64,000 nucleotides of DNA from an uncultured Spirochaetota bacterium (GCA_963745235.1 CAVUXE010000035.1:160001-224000); one strand, 5' to 3'. Positions 1 to 8,822 are shown, counted from the first letter of the stretch. A program made the numbers and translations. The notes: generated by a model from the letters alone, not told the origin.

Positions 1-6
1 AGCAGT

Positions 7-78
7 GGCCCCTTCGTCTATCGGTTAGGACATGAGATTCTCAATCTTAAAAGAGGGGTTCGATTCCCCTAGGGGCTA
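7..78 (+). tRNA. tRNA-Glu (anticodon CTC)
   Basis: Cloverleaf: acceptor GGCCCCT/AGGGGCT, anticodon arm TGAGA-TTCTCAA-TCTTA with CTC at 40-42, T-loop GTTCGATTC; CCA not encoded. Confidence 0.96.
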
Positions 79-104
79 AATCGGGAGAGAAGAACCCGAA
101 AGCG

Positions 105-141
105 AAGGGTGGTCGCAGAGAGGCGGCCACCCTTTTCTTTT
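105..141 (+). terminator. Intrinsic terminator after tRNA-Glu
   Basis: AAGGGTGGTCGC-agagag-GCGGCCACCCTT hairpin followed by TTCTTTT. Confidence 0.75.
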
Positions 142-315
142 GCCCGATCTCCATGAGAGGGTGGTATCAGTCCCACGCCGAGGCGATCTTCGGCGAACGC
201 ATACACCGCTACGCACAGGCGCCATCCCCGCTGCGGTTTGGCGGCCGCGATCAACTAATGTTGATTCTGGTCACCGCGACCATTTCGTCGCGACCGGCGC
301 TGCTTGAGGCCGCGC

Positions 316-1275
316 TTAAGTTGCTGCGGCGGCGAAGTCGACGCCGGAAACCTTGACGACGGCCTGCCAGGCGGCTTCCTGGTTGGCGCGATCGTGAAAA
401 TGCGGGTGACGCATCGCCTCAATTGGGCCTGTGAGCTTCTTCGGCGCCGAGGCGAAGAATTGGCCCGAGACGTTGGTTCCGAACTCCGAGGCCTGGAGGT
501 ACCGGCGAGCTGCGGTCTCCGGCGTCTGAGACATGCCGGGGATGAGCTTCACCAGTGGAATCATCAGCCACTTCATGACCGGGCCAGCGTTTCGCACCGC
601 CTTGGTGTCGGGCGCGCTGCCGGGCGAGACGGCGTACACGGCCATGCCGGAGGGTAGCCGGCGGGCCAGCGCCGCGGCCCACCAAGCGACGACGAGCTTC
701 GCGTCGGCATACGCCCGGTTGGGCTGGTACTTCACGTTCGGCCCGCTGCGCACCAGGGCTTCCACCGCGGCGCTTCGGTCACCGTGGTGGTGTTTGGTCG
801 CGAAGGCCGCCACGTCGGTGTAGCTGAACATAGGGACGTCCCCTCGGGCAGGTTCCGCGCCGGCGATAACAATCCGCGCGTTGGGGCTCAGCAGTTTGGC
901 GCGGAGCAACCCGACAGTCAGTTGATGATGGCCGATTAGCGGGGCCTGAGCCGCCTCGACGCCCGCCGCGGTGAGCATGCGCGCCTTGCCACCGACCATC
1001 CCAGCATTGAGCAGTAGGAAATCGATCGGCCGACCTCGCTTAACCAGCTCGGCGAGGGCGGACTGGACGCTGGTCGGTGCGTTCAGATCCAGCTCCAGCG
1101 GCGTGAAGACCTGGGTCTTGGTCTCAGCCGCGAGCTGAGCGGCCGTTTCCTGGACCCGGGCCAGGCTGCGGCCGGTGACGATGACCTGACGGTAGCCCTT
1201 GATGGCGAGCATGCTGGCTGCCGCATAACCGAGCCCGGAGGTGGTGCCGGTGACGATAGCGATCGAATGTTCCAT
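316..1275 (-). CDS. SDR family NAD(P)-dependent oxidoreductase
   Basis: TGTTSGLG Rossmann motif, LLNAG, catalytic YADAK (YxxxK); RBS AAGGAG upstream. Confidence 0.9.
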   Translation of the reverse strand: MEHSIAIVTGTTSGLGYAAASMLAIKGYRQVIVTGRSLARVQETAAQLAAETKTQVFTPLELDLNAPTSVQSALAELVKRGRPIDFLLLNAGMVGGKARMLTAAGVEAAQAPLIGHHQLTVGLLRAKLLSPNARIVIAGAEPARGDVPMFSYTDVAAFATKHHHGDRSAAVEALVRSGPNVKYQPNRAYADAKLVVAWWAAALARRLPSGMAVYAVSPGSAPDTKAVRNAGPVMKWLMIPLVKLIPGMSQTPETAARRYLQASEFGTNVSGQFFASAPKKLTGPIEAMRHPHFHDRANQEAAWQAVVKVSGVDFAAAAT

Positions 1276-1329
1276 GAGCTGCTCCTTGTTGAAGGTCGAG
1301 TCGTGAGGCCCCGCGAGGCCAGGGCCAGC

Positions 1330-1358
1330 TTGCTAATTTCGAACTGTTCGGTTATAAT
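1330..1358 (+). promoter_or_regulatory. sigma70 promoter of tetR with palindromic operator in the spacer
   Basis: TTGCTA-17 bp-TATAAT; perfect inverted repeat CGAAC-T-GTTCG at 1340-1350. Confidence 0.65.
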
Positions 1359-1364
1359 ATATTG

Positions 1365-2030
1365 GTGCGATGGAATTTGTCAAGGAGTTTTGAACTAAAT
1401 GTTTCACAATGCCCCAGGCCCCGTGGACGACCACGTAGCTTCGACGAGAGGGACGCGCTGGAAAAGGCGACTCAGGTGTTTTGGTCGAAAGGTTATGACG
1501 GAGTGACGATCGACGATCTCGTCGCCGGGATGGGCGTGGGACGGCCGAGCCTGTATTCCGTCTTCGGAGACAAGCGGACGTTGTTCTTGCGGGTCCTTAA
1601 GGGGTATGCGGAGAAGAAAGGCGCTCTCGCTGCGAAGGCACTCCTCTCGCCGCGCACTCTTCGCGACTCGGTCGCTGGTTTCCTCAGGCACGCCGTCGAA
1701 AGCGCGACGAAGAAAGGATCCGCTCAGGGGTGTCTTCTCGAGTGCGTCGCGCCGCTTGTGGACGACGCTGAGGTCCGGGAATTCCTGCAGAACGCTGCCG
1801 CAGCCGCCGTGGCGCTGGTGGAAGGTCGTTTCCGGGACGGGATCACCGCTGGAGAAATCCCGTCCGACTTTCCGGTGGCCGTCCGCGCAAGCCTGCTCAT
1901 TGATTTTGCTCGTGGCCTTGCCATGCGTGCGCAGATAGGCGCGCCGCGCAAGACGCTTCTCAGGGATGCCGAGGAAGCGGTCGACTTGATGCTCCTGTCA
2001 CGGCGTGGAAACGCGGTGCCAGAACGTTGA
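1365..2030 (+). CDS. TetR/AcrR family transcriptional regulator
   Basis: RGRPRSFD...FWSKGYDGVTIDDL...SLYSVFGDK HTH and GCLL motif; divergent from the SDR; start uncertain (TTG 1362 or GTG 1365). Confidence 0.9.
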   Translation: MRWNLSRSFELNVSQCPRPRGRPRSFDERDALEKATQVFWSKGYDGVTIDDLVAGMGVGRPSLYSVFGDKRTLFLRVLKGYAEKKGALAAKALLSPRTLRDSVAGFLRHAVESATKKGSAQGCLLECVAPLVDDAEVREFLQNAAAAAVALVEGRFRDGITAGEIPSDFPVAVRASLLIDFARGLAMRAQIGAPRKTLLRDAEEAVDLMLLSRRGNAVPER

Positions 2031-2291
2031 TGCTGGATGGCGTGAAATCGGAGCAAGCAACTTAGCCGCAGGACCGTGCCGTGATTAGAGCTGCGCCATG
2101 CCTCCATTGACGGCGAGTTCCCCGCCGGTATGCTCATTGTCTCCATATGAGGGTCATGCTCATCAGCCATTTGTTGGGCCAGGTGCGGCAACCACCATCA
2201 AACACGCTCTTGGTATCATTAAGGTCTCACGAGGGAACCTGAAGTTCAGGGGAGCACTGTACAGATTTGGTCTTTTCCTAATCCCTGCCCC

Positions 2292-2589
2292 CCCACCTGC
2301 GTCCATTGCGGCTTCGACGGGCGCGGGTTCGACGCCTGGATGCAGTTGACCGTAGACCATCTCAGGCCCCGGAACTCCGGTGGCACGGATGATCCGGACA
2401 ATCTGGTCGTTGCCTGCCATTCCTGCAACTCAGTGACCAGCAGGGATGACCTTCCCACCAGCGGCCACGCGAGAGGACATTCTCGCACAGAAGCGCGCCA
2501 GGGTACGCGAGAGGCGGGCTGTGTTCTATGAGCATTGGTTGAAGACGGTCGCTCCGGGCTTCTTGGACCGCCCCTTGCCAGGAGTCTGA
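2292..2589 (+). pseudogene. HNH endonuclease remnant (no start codon, frameshift at ~2443)
   Basis: Reads TCVHCGFDGRGFDAWMQLTVDHLRPRNSGGTDDPDNLVVACHSCN (CxxC...DH...N...CxxCN), continuing in another frame as MTFPPAATREDILAQKRARVRERR...PGV*. Confidence 0.7.
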
Positions 2590-2761
2590 GCTGTCACGCC
2601 ATCAGCTTTCTCCAATGCGGAGCCGCATCCCGGCGCCAGCATATGCCGGGAGCCGACTGACACATTGTACGTCACGGTTCCCACGGGCTCGCCGGGCCGG
2701 TAGCGCGCCCCCAAGTCGTACTGAACGAAAATTCGCATCTCTGGAACTTCGGGCTTTCCTA

Positions 2762-2774
2762 CCCTAGGGGCTAA
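2762..2774 (+). repeat. 13-bp direct repeat of the tRNA-Glu 3' end (attR-like)
   Basis: CCCTAGGGGCTAA identical to positions 67-79. Confidence 0.7.
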
Positions 2775-2780
2775 CGAACC

Positions 2781-2812
2781 AGAGGGCGTCCTGAAGAGGG
2801 ACGCCCTTTCTG
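2781..2812. terminator. Terminator hairpin directly after the tRNA-end repeat
   Basis: AGGGCGTCC-tgaagag-GGACGCCCT followed by TTCTG; also lies just downstream of brnA on the minus strand. Confidence 0.6.
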
Positions 2813-2856
2813 TCTTGACTGCGACGGTCGCCCTCACCGATCACGGTTGTCGTCTG

Positions 2857-3219
2857 CTACCTCTTGGCCGTGTGCTTCCTTTTCGCCGCGGCCTTTCTGC
2901 CGTTGACCCTGCCTTTTGGGCTTTGCTTGCGGGCCACGGACACGGCCCGACCACCCTCGGGGTACCCCGCTTTGGCCTTCTGCGTGCGAACATAGTAGCG
3001 CAGCACGGCATTGATCCTCGTCTGATAGCCGGGGCCCGGCCGTCTGAACCATTCGTAGACCGCCGGATCAAGACGGATGGTGATCGTGCGGCTCAACTCT
3101 CGCGCCAACTCCTCGGGGCTGGGGAAGTCGTCCTCCACGGTCTCCGAGGCCGCAAGCGCCTCCGCGATCTCCGGCGGTGCATCCGTGTACCTATCGTCTG
3201 AACCGATTCGCTTGTTCAT
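2857..3219 (-). CDS. brnA: BrnA family antitoxin
   Basis: ITIRLDPAVYEWFRR.GPGYQTRINAVLRYY ribbon-helix-helix signature; overlaps the brnT 3' end. Confidence 0.85.
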   Translation of the reverse strand: MNKRIGSDDRYTDAPPEIAEALAASETVEDDFPSPEELARELSRTITIRLDPAVYEWFRRPGPGYQTRINAVLRYYVRTQKAKAGYPEGGRAVSVARKQSPKGRVNGRKAAAKRKHTAKR

Positions 3220-3475
3220 AGATCATCCTTCCCTCACGCCAGTAGCCAGCCCCGATAATCCTCACCGTCTCGCTTCTTCGGGTGAAGCGAACGGTCAACA
3301 CGGCACCGGAGACCTGACCGAGCAGGAAGTATCTCTGCTCCCGTCCGCTACTGTGCTTACGGTCCGCCCTGGTGACCCGCCGGGGATCCAGCCAAGCCCG
3401 CACCGCTTCGGCGAAGCTCACTCCGTGCTTCTGCTGGTTCTCGCGATCCTTGAGCGGGTCCCACTCGAAGTCCAC
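3191..3475 (-). CDS. brnT: BrnT family ribonuclease toxin
   Basis: FEWDPLKDRENQQKHGVSFAEA...EQRY..LG...LTVRFTRR...RIIGA. Confidence 0.9.
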   Translation of the reverse strand: MDFEWDPLKDRENQQKHGVSFAEAVRAWLDPRRVTRADRKHSSGREQRYFLLGQVSGAVLTVRFTRRSETVRIIGAGYWREGRMIYEQANRFRR

Positions 3476-3917
3476 GGTTTAAGGTAGTGCATACATACAA
3501 AATGTCAATACCGGGGCGAACCGATTGGGTACCTATGTGTTGACGAATTCCCTGTCGGAGCTTCGAAGCGCGACTGCCGACGTACAGGATGCCGTCACGG
3601 TTGCGTTTGGCGTCCTCAGCGTTCGCGCGGGATTTGTGAATCGACTGACCTGAGCCTTCGGCCCATCTCGTGTAGTGTTGATGGAGCAGAGTTGCGGGGA
3701 GGATCGGCGCAGTGCGGACAAGGTAGACGGCGTTTTTCCACTGCCGGGAGATCACGGAGACATACCGCCTGAGTTCATCGTCTGCACGGAGTGAAGAAGA
3801 TGGGACGCGTACGAACTCCCACTCAGAAGGTATCTCAAGAAGGAGGACACGCTGCAACTCATCAACCATTCGCGGGAGGGAAGCCTGTAGCGCTTCGCGA
3901 ACGAAGACGGTCATCAC
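3357..3917 (-). pseudogene. Hypothetical protein with GIY-YIG-like motifs, probably 3'-truncated by the brnTA cassette
   Basis: RBS GAGGAG before GTG/ATG; AVYLV...ILYVGS...KLRQGIRQHIG; the tail runs out of frame over brnT. Confidence 0.4.
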
Positions 3918-3978
3918 GTCTCTCCTCAGGAAGGCTAGGCGCTTTTACCCATACATCCTCGGCTCTTGGCCCGGCAGC

Positions 3979-4394
3979 CTATGATGCCCATTTACTGAGA
4001 TGCGCTTCAAGGAACCGTCTAGGGTTGACGATTTCCACATTCCCATATCGCGACACCTTCAATAGTTGCTTGTCTCCTGTAACGACGTACCTGGCAGATC
4101 CGGCGATGGCACACGCGAGGACCTTGTCATCATCGGGATCGCTGCAAACAGGCTCCGGCAAGGGTAGGGCTTCCACTATTCCGCACTCACCGCAACGAGA
4201 TCGAGAATACCAGAAACGTCTACGAGAGGAAACTTTTCCGCCAACTCCTCTGCAACTCTCTGGTACTCATTCAGGATGTCTGTTGAGACCAGCAGGTCGA
4301 TTCTCCCATCGCGCCATGCGCCGAGGATCTCATGGGGAGGGCCGGCGAAGAAGATAGCGGACATGAGTACGTTGGTGTCCAGTACGATCTTCAC
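3979..4394 (-). pseudogene. PIN-domain (VapC-like) toxin split by a 1-nt deletion at ~4177
   Basis: IVLDTNVLMSA (part 1) plus CSDPDDDKVLACA...VTGDKQLL...NPRRF (part 2); adding one A restores ...SAEIVEA...; may be an assembly error. Confidence 0.8.
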
Positions 4395-4654
4395 CTCTGG
4401 GATCTGACCTTGGTGACAGCCGCCCTGATGTCAGATCTCCTGAGCCCAGCCTGCCTTGCTTGCCTGCGCGCGCGGGCGATAAGCTCGTCGAACTCCTCCA
4501 TCTTGGGCGGTGAGATCGTCTTGAGGATTACCGTGTCCTTTTCCCCCACAACCACAAACTGAGATCCGGGCCCTAGCCTCAGACGTTTTCGAATGTACTC
4601 GGGGATAACCACTTGACCTTTTGAAGACATCTTGGTGGTAGCTATTTGCGCCAT
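4391..4654 (-). CDS. AbrB/MazE/SpoVT family antitoxin
   Basis: TTKMSSKGQVVIPEYIRKRLRL.PG motif; 4-nt overlap with the PIN toxin. Confidence 0.88.
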   Translation of the reverse strand: MAQIATTKMSSKGQVVIPEYIRKRLRLGPGSQFVVVGEKDTVILKTISPPKMEEFDELIARARRQARQAGLRRSDIRAAVTKVRSQR

Positions 4655-4787
4655 ATTGGGCTCCTTCAGGTGATCTTACCTGTAAGAACAACGACTTGCG
4701 TCAGGACTGGCAGGCGTACTTTTCGCTTCGGGCTTCAAGGCAGACGTTGATATGATGGCCTGATCGATCGCGATTGTCTCTGCGCTC

Positions 4788-5030
4788 TCAACCGAGCAGG
4801 CTATCTTTCTGGGCGGTATGCTTCGTCTTTTTTGCGGCCTTTCTGACGGCACCGTTCGCCTTGCCCTTGGGGCTTCGCCTGCGGGCCACAGCTGATGATG
4901 GCTCTCGTGGCCCTGCTCTGCGCGCCGCCGGAGACCTGTTCTCCGAAGGTGACACGGTCTGACCGGTCTCCGGGTGCCCAGCTTTGGCCTTCTGCGTGCG
5001 AACATAGTACCGCAGCACGGCATTGATCCG
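4788..5030 (-). pseudogene. Second, 5'-truncated brnA copy
   Basis: 4983-5028 is nearly identical to ~2970-3017 (RINAVLRYYVRTQKAKAG) and has the same basic tail; no cognate brnT. Confidence 0.7.
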
Positions 5031-5175
5031 TCGTGCTGCTGACCATGCCGGCGAGCATTTCCATCTTTCCGGTTTCCTTCATTCGCATCCGCTTTCGCGG
5101 TGTCAAGTCTCTTATCCGCCAACAGCCGGGAGTACATCTGCCTCCCAGAAGCGCACAGTCTCTCGGGCCGAAAGC

Positions 5176-5232
5176 TTGACAGTCCTCGCGGAAGGAACTA
5201 CAGTATATAAGCAGTTGCAATACATAGCAACT
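5176..5232 (+). promoter_or_regulatory. sigma70 promoter and ArsR-type operator
   Basis: TTGACA(5176)-17 bp-TACAGT(5199); inverted repeat AGTTGCAAT-ac-ATAGCAACT at 5213-5232. Confidence 0.7.
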
Positions 5233-5258
5233 TCTAACTTACTTAAGAAGGAAATCGC

Positions 5259-5633
5259 ATGGACGAGGAGATCTTCGAGCTGCACGCGGATGTCTGCCGT
5301 ACGCTTTCCAACCCGAAGCGGTTGAAAATTCTCAACGCCCTGCGGGACGGGGAAATACCAGTCAGCCGGATCCTGGCCAAGATGGGCCGTATCGGCAAGG
5401 CCAACCTCTCCCAGCACTTGGCGGTGATGCGCCAGAAAGGAGTGGTGGCTGCCCGAAGAGAGGGCAACCTCATCTATTACCGGATTTCCAGCCCCAAGAT
5501 CATTCAGGCGTGCGACCTCATGCGAGAGGTGCTTTTCGAGCAGCTTGAGGGGAAGGGCGCGCTCTTCCTGAAATATGCGAAGTGGACGGAGACAAGACTC
5601 GGACGACGCGCCAGGGCGGCTGTTCGCTCGTGA
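5259..5633 (+). CDS. ArsR/SmtB family transcriptional regulator
   Basis: LSNPKRLKILNALR...ANLSQHLAVMRQKGVV..RREG..IYY; two Cys. Confidence 0.92.
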   Translation: MDEEIFELHADVCRTLSNPKRLKILNALRDGEIPVSRILAKMGRIGKANLSQHLAVMRQKGVVAARREGNLIYYRISSPKIIQACDLMREVLFEQLEGKGALFLKYAKWTETRLGRRARAAVRS

Positions 5634-5656
5634 GGGAAAGTCAGGGAGAGGCAAGA

Positions 5657-6373
5657 ATGACGGGAACGAAAGAGCCCTTGGCCGCACAATTCGACCGCAT
5701 GGCTGACGGGTACGATTCCTGGTACCAGACGCCCCTGGGTGCCCGCAGTGATGCCCTCGAGAGGGAAGCGGTTTTCTCTCTCGCAGAAGCAGTACCGGGG
5801 GAATACGCGCTTGATGTCAGCTGCGGGACAGGAAATTATGCCCTTGCTTTGGCGGGCCAGGGAGTCAGGGTTTCTGCCATTGATGCCTCCTCACAGATGC
5901 TGCAGATCGCGCAGTCAAAGGCAGCTCGGCAGGGACTCTCCATCGATTTCAAGCGGGGGACAGCGGAAGATATGCCTTTCGCCAACGACTCCTTCGACCT
6001 CGTGACGGCAGTTCTCCTGTTGGAGTTCGCGCCCTCTCCACGGAAGGTCCTTTCCGAGATGCTGCGGGTCCTTACGCCGGCCGGCCGTCTGGTCATAGGA
6101 GTCCTGGGTAGTCACAGCCTCTGGGCGGCAACCAGACGCGCCAGGAGCCTGTTTGTTCCCTCGATATGGAACGGAGCAACCTTTTTCAGCCCTCGGTCGA
6201 TGGTAGATCTCCTTCGAGAAGCCGGAGCACATTCCATCCGATGGAAAAGCGCCATCTACTTTCCCCCGGTCAGGAATGGCTGGCTGCTGGACCGCTTCCA
6301 GGCGCTGGAGGGCATCGGGCAGAAAGTTTTCCCTGGTCTGGGGGCCTTTTTTGCGGTCAGGGTCGAAAAGTGA
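5657..6373 (+). CDS. Class I SAM-dependent methyltransferase
   Basis: ALDVSCGTG motif I, AEDMPFANDSFDLV, EMLRVL.PAG; ATG 5657 after GGAGAGG. Confidence 0.88.
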   Translation: MTGTKEPLAAQFDRMADGYDSWYQTPLGARSDALEREAVFSLAEAVPGEYALDVSCGTGNYALALAGQGVRVSAIDASSQMLQIAQSKAARQGLSIDFKRGTAEDMPFANDSFDLVTAVLLLEFAPSPRKVLSEMLRVLTPAGRLVIGVLGSHSLWAATRRARSLFVPSIWNGATFFSPRSMVDLLREAGAHSIRWKSAIYFPPVRNGWLLDRFQALEGIGQKVFPGLGAFFAVRVEK

Positions 6374-6382
6374 GGCGACACT

Positions 6383-6784
6383 ATGATGCATGGTGGGATG
6401 ATGTTCTCTCCATGGGGGACTCCCTTCGGCGGATTCTGGTTCCTTCTCATACCGGTGACGATTTTCATCGCCATGGGGATTTTCAGGCTATTGCTTTCCA
6501 CCGGCCGCCGAAGGGAACGGAAGGGGCGGGAACTTCGCAAAATGCCAATACAGGAACAGATCATCAAGCTGGCATATCGGAAAGGCGGCCTCCTTACCGT
6601 GACCGACACAGTTGCCGAGACTGGCCTCTCCTTCAAGAAGGCAGAAAAGGTTCTGAACGGCATGGTGGACTTTTCCCGCGTGAACATGCGTGTCAGTGAC
6701 TCCGGGATCATGGTCTAGGAGTTCGTGGAGATCCTGCACAAGGATCTGGAAACGGCGAAGACTCTCCACGAGATGGGAGTCTGA
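6383..6784 (+). CDS. Small membrane protein with an internal amber codon (TAG 6716-6718); ends at 6718 if the TAG is a true stop
   Basis: MMHGGMM..WG..FGGFW transmembrane start; the frame stays open for 21 more codons (EFVEILHK...) after the TAG. Confidence 0.6.
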
Positions 6785-6816
6785 CGGCTCGTGCTGGTTT
6801 GAAAGTGAGGTCTTGA

Positions 6817-8058
6817 ATGGCAAAGAAAACAGTTCTCATTCTCGGCGGGGGGATGGGAGGAATCAGCGCTGCTTCCGAGCTTCGAAGGCTGCTGCCTCCG
6901 GAACACAAGATAGTCCTGATTGAGAAGGAGGCACAGCACGCGTTTGCTCCTTCTTTCCTCTGGTTGATGAGCGGAGACCGCGCGCCGGGAGACATCGTGC
7001 GGAATGTCCACCGGATGGTCCCTACCGGGGTTGAAGTGATAGTCGACCAGGTGGAAGCAATCGACCTCTCATCCCGCAGCGTGAGGACATCATCACGCGC
7101 GATGTCCTATGATTTCCTGATTGTATCCCTTGGCGCGGAGCTCGCGCCTGAAATGATCCCGGGCCTGGGTGAAGCCGCCTCCACGTTCTACACCTTCGAT
7201 GGCGCCTTGAAGCTCAAGGAGACGCTGCGCGATTTCGCCGGCGGTACCGTGGCCCTCGTCGTGAGCTCCCTCCCGTATAAATGTCCGGGGGCGCCGCATG
7301 AGGGGGCCATGCTGATCGCAGATGTCCTGCACCGCCGCGGCCTTGAAAGCAAGGCGAGCATTCACCTGTTCACCCCCGAGGCGCAGCCGATGCCGGTTGC
7401 CGGACCTGGCCTCGGTGCGTCGGTCAGAGGAATGCTCGAGGAAAGGAAGATCGCCTTCCATCCCCTCAGCAAGCTGCTTTCTGTGGAGGCTTCGAAACGC
7501 GAGCTTCAGTTCGAAGGGCAGCCACCGTTCTCCTACGACCTCCTCGTCGCGGTGCCGCCGCACCGCGGCCACCGCGTAGCCCGTGAAGCCGGGCTTGCGA
7601 ATGAGGCAGGATGGATTCCTGTCGACCGCAATACCCTTGCCACTCGCCACGAGGGGGTCTTCGCCATCGGAGATGCCACTGCGCTTCAGATTCCCGGCCG
7701 CTGGAAGCCCGACGTGCAGATGCTATTGCCCAAAGCCGGTGTATTCGCGCATACGCAAGCCCTCGTGGTCGCGCGGAACATCGCGGCCGAGTTGAACGGC
7801 TCCGCCCAGAGAGTCACGTTCATGGGGGATGGCTACTGTGCACTCGAGTGCGGGCGGGGACGCGCAGGGTTCGCCTTTGGGAACTTCTTGGCCGAACCTC
7901 ATCCAGAGATCGAAATGCGGCGGCCGGGGCGGAGCATGCACCTTGGCAAAGTGCTTTTCGAGAAATACTGGCTCGGGCGAGGTATGAAGCGAAAAGGCTT
8001 GCGTATCGTTGGGAACTTGGCCGCGCGGCTGTTGGGAATGCCGGCGCTGCTGGAATAA
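6817..8058 (+). CDS. FAD-dependent oxidoreductase, sulfide:quinone oxidoreductase / flavocytochrome c flavoprotein family
   Basis: ILGGGMGG FAD motif, PYKCPGAPHE, FAIGD, PKAGVFAH, second conserved Cys in GYCALECG, amphipathic C-terminal helix. Confidence 0.8.
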   Translation: MAKKTVLILGGGMGGISAASELRRLLPPEHKIVLIEKEAQHAFAPSFLWLMSGDRAPGDIVRNVHRMVPTGVEVIVDQVEAIDLSSRSVRTSSRAMSYDFLIVSLGAELAPEMIPGLGEAASTFYTFDGALKLKETLRDFAGGTVALVVSSLPYKCPGAPHEGAMLIADVLHRRGLESKASIHLFTPEAQPMPVAGPGLGASVRGMLEERKIAFHPLSKLLSVEASKRELQFEGQPPFSYDLLVAVPPHRGHRVAREAGLANEAGWIPVDRNTLATRHEGVFAIGDATALQIPGRWKPDVQMLLPKAGVFAHTQALVVARNIAAELNGSAQRVTFMGDGYCALECGRGRAGFAFGNFLAEPHPEIEMRRPGRSMHLGKVLFEKYWLGRGMKRKGLRIVGNLAARLLGMPALLE

Positions 8059-8073
8059 AGGAGGATTTGAAGG

Positions 8074-8430
8074 ATGGCGAAAACTCTCAGCATGATTCTC
8101 TGGACGGCGCCGTACGGGTGCCAGAACACGAGCACCGCCCTCAAGCTTGCACGGGCGGCCACGAAAAAAGGGTATTCCGTCAGGCTCTTCGCATCCGGGG
8201 ATGGCGTTCACAATTTCACCAAGGACCAAAAGGCGAGCGGAGCTCCTCATGCCGAGAGGGAGTTTTCGGAGGCTCTGCAAACGGGCTTGAAGGTTGAGCT
8301 TTGCGGAACCTGCCTCAATTTCCGAGGAATCAAGGCCGAGGATATCGTCTCTGGAGCCGAGCGGAGCACCATGAAGAACCTCTTCTCCATGGTCAAGGAA
8401 AGCGACGTCTGCATCACTCTCTGGACATAA
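8074..8430 (+). CDS. DsrE/TusD-like sulfur relay protein
   Basis: TAPYG, LFASGDGV, LCGTCLNFRG with the conserved acceptor Cys. Confidence 0.82.
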   Translation: MAKTLSMILWTAPYGCQNTSTALKLARAATKKGYSVRLFASGDGVHNFTKDQKASGAPHAEREFSEALQTGLKVELCGTCLNFRGIKAEDIVSGAERSTMKNLFSMVKESDVCITLWT

Positions 8431-8440
8431 GGAAGGGAAA

Positions 8441-8809
8441 ATGACGGATACGGTCTGCCTTATCATCAGGAAAGCACCATACGGGAAAATCAACGCGGCC
8501 GAGGCAGTCAGGCACGTCAACGGCGCCCTGGCAAGCGGTCTTGAACCTTTGGTAATTCTCATGGGCGATGGGGTCTATCTTGCCAGGGATAATCAGCATG
8601 CGGCGAAAGCGGGCTGGACTTCACTTTCGGACGCCCTCAGCCAGGTTCCCACGTCGAAGGGCGGGGAAGGAGCACGCTTCTACGTGCATCAAGAGTCTCT
8701 CGCCGATCGCGGGATTGAGCCCGACGGCCCGATGAAGCAATTCAAGGTTGTTTCCAGCCAGGAAATGGCCGGTTTTGTTGCGAGTTGCCCGAGGATGCTT
8801 CTCTTCTAA
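8441..8809 (+). CDS. DsrF/TusC-like protein
   Basis: RKAPYG...EAVR...LMGDGVY...ESLADRGI. Confidence 0.82.
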   Translation: MTDTVCLIIRKAPYGKINAAEAVRHVNGALASGLEPLVILMGDGVYLARDNQHAAKAGWTSLSDALSQVPTSKGGEGARFYVHQESLADRGIEPDGPMKQFKVVSSQEMAGFVASCPRMLLF

Positions 8810-8822
8810 CAGGAGGTCCAAG

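Noticed and set aside
2526-2837. 103-aa minus-strand ORF
   Set aside because: Spans the terminator hairpin and att-like repeat, has no recognisable motif, and overlaps the HNH remnant
80-5200. Prophage, IS element or integron in the tRNA-Glu accessory zone
   Set aside because: No integrase, transposase, phage structural gene, terminal inverted repeats or convincing attC sites seen
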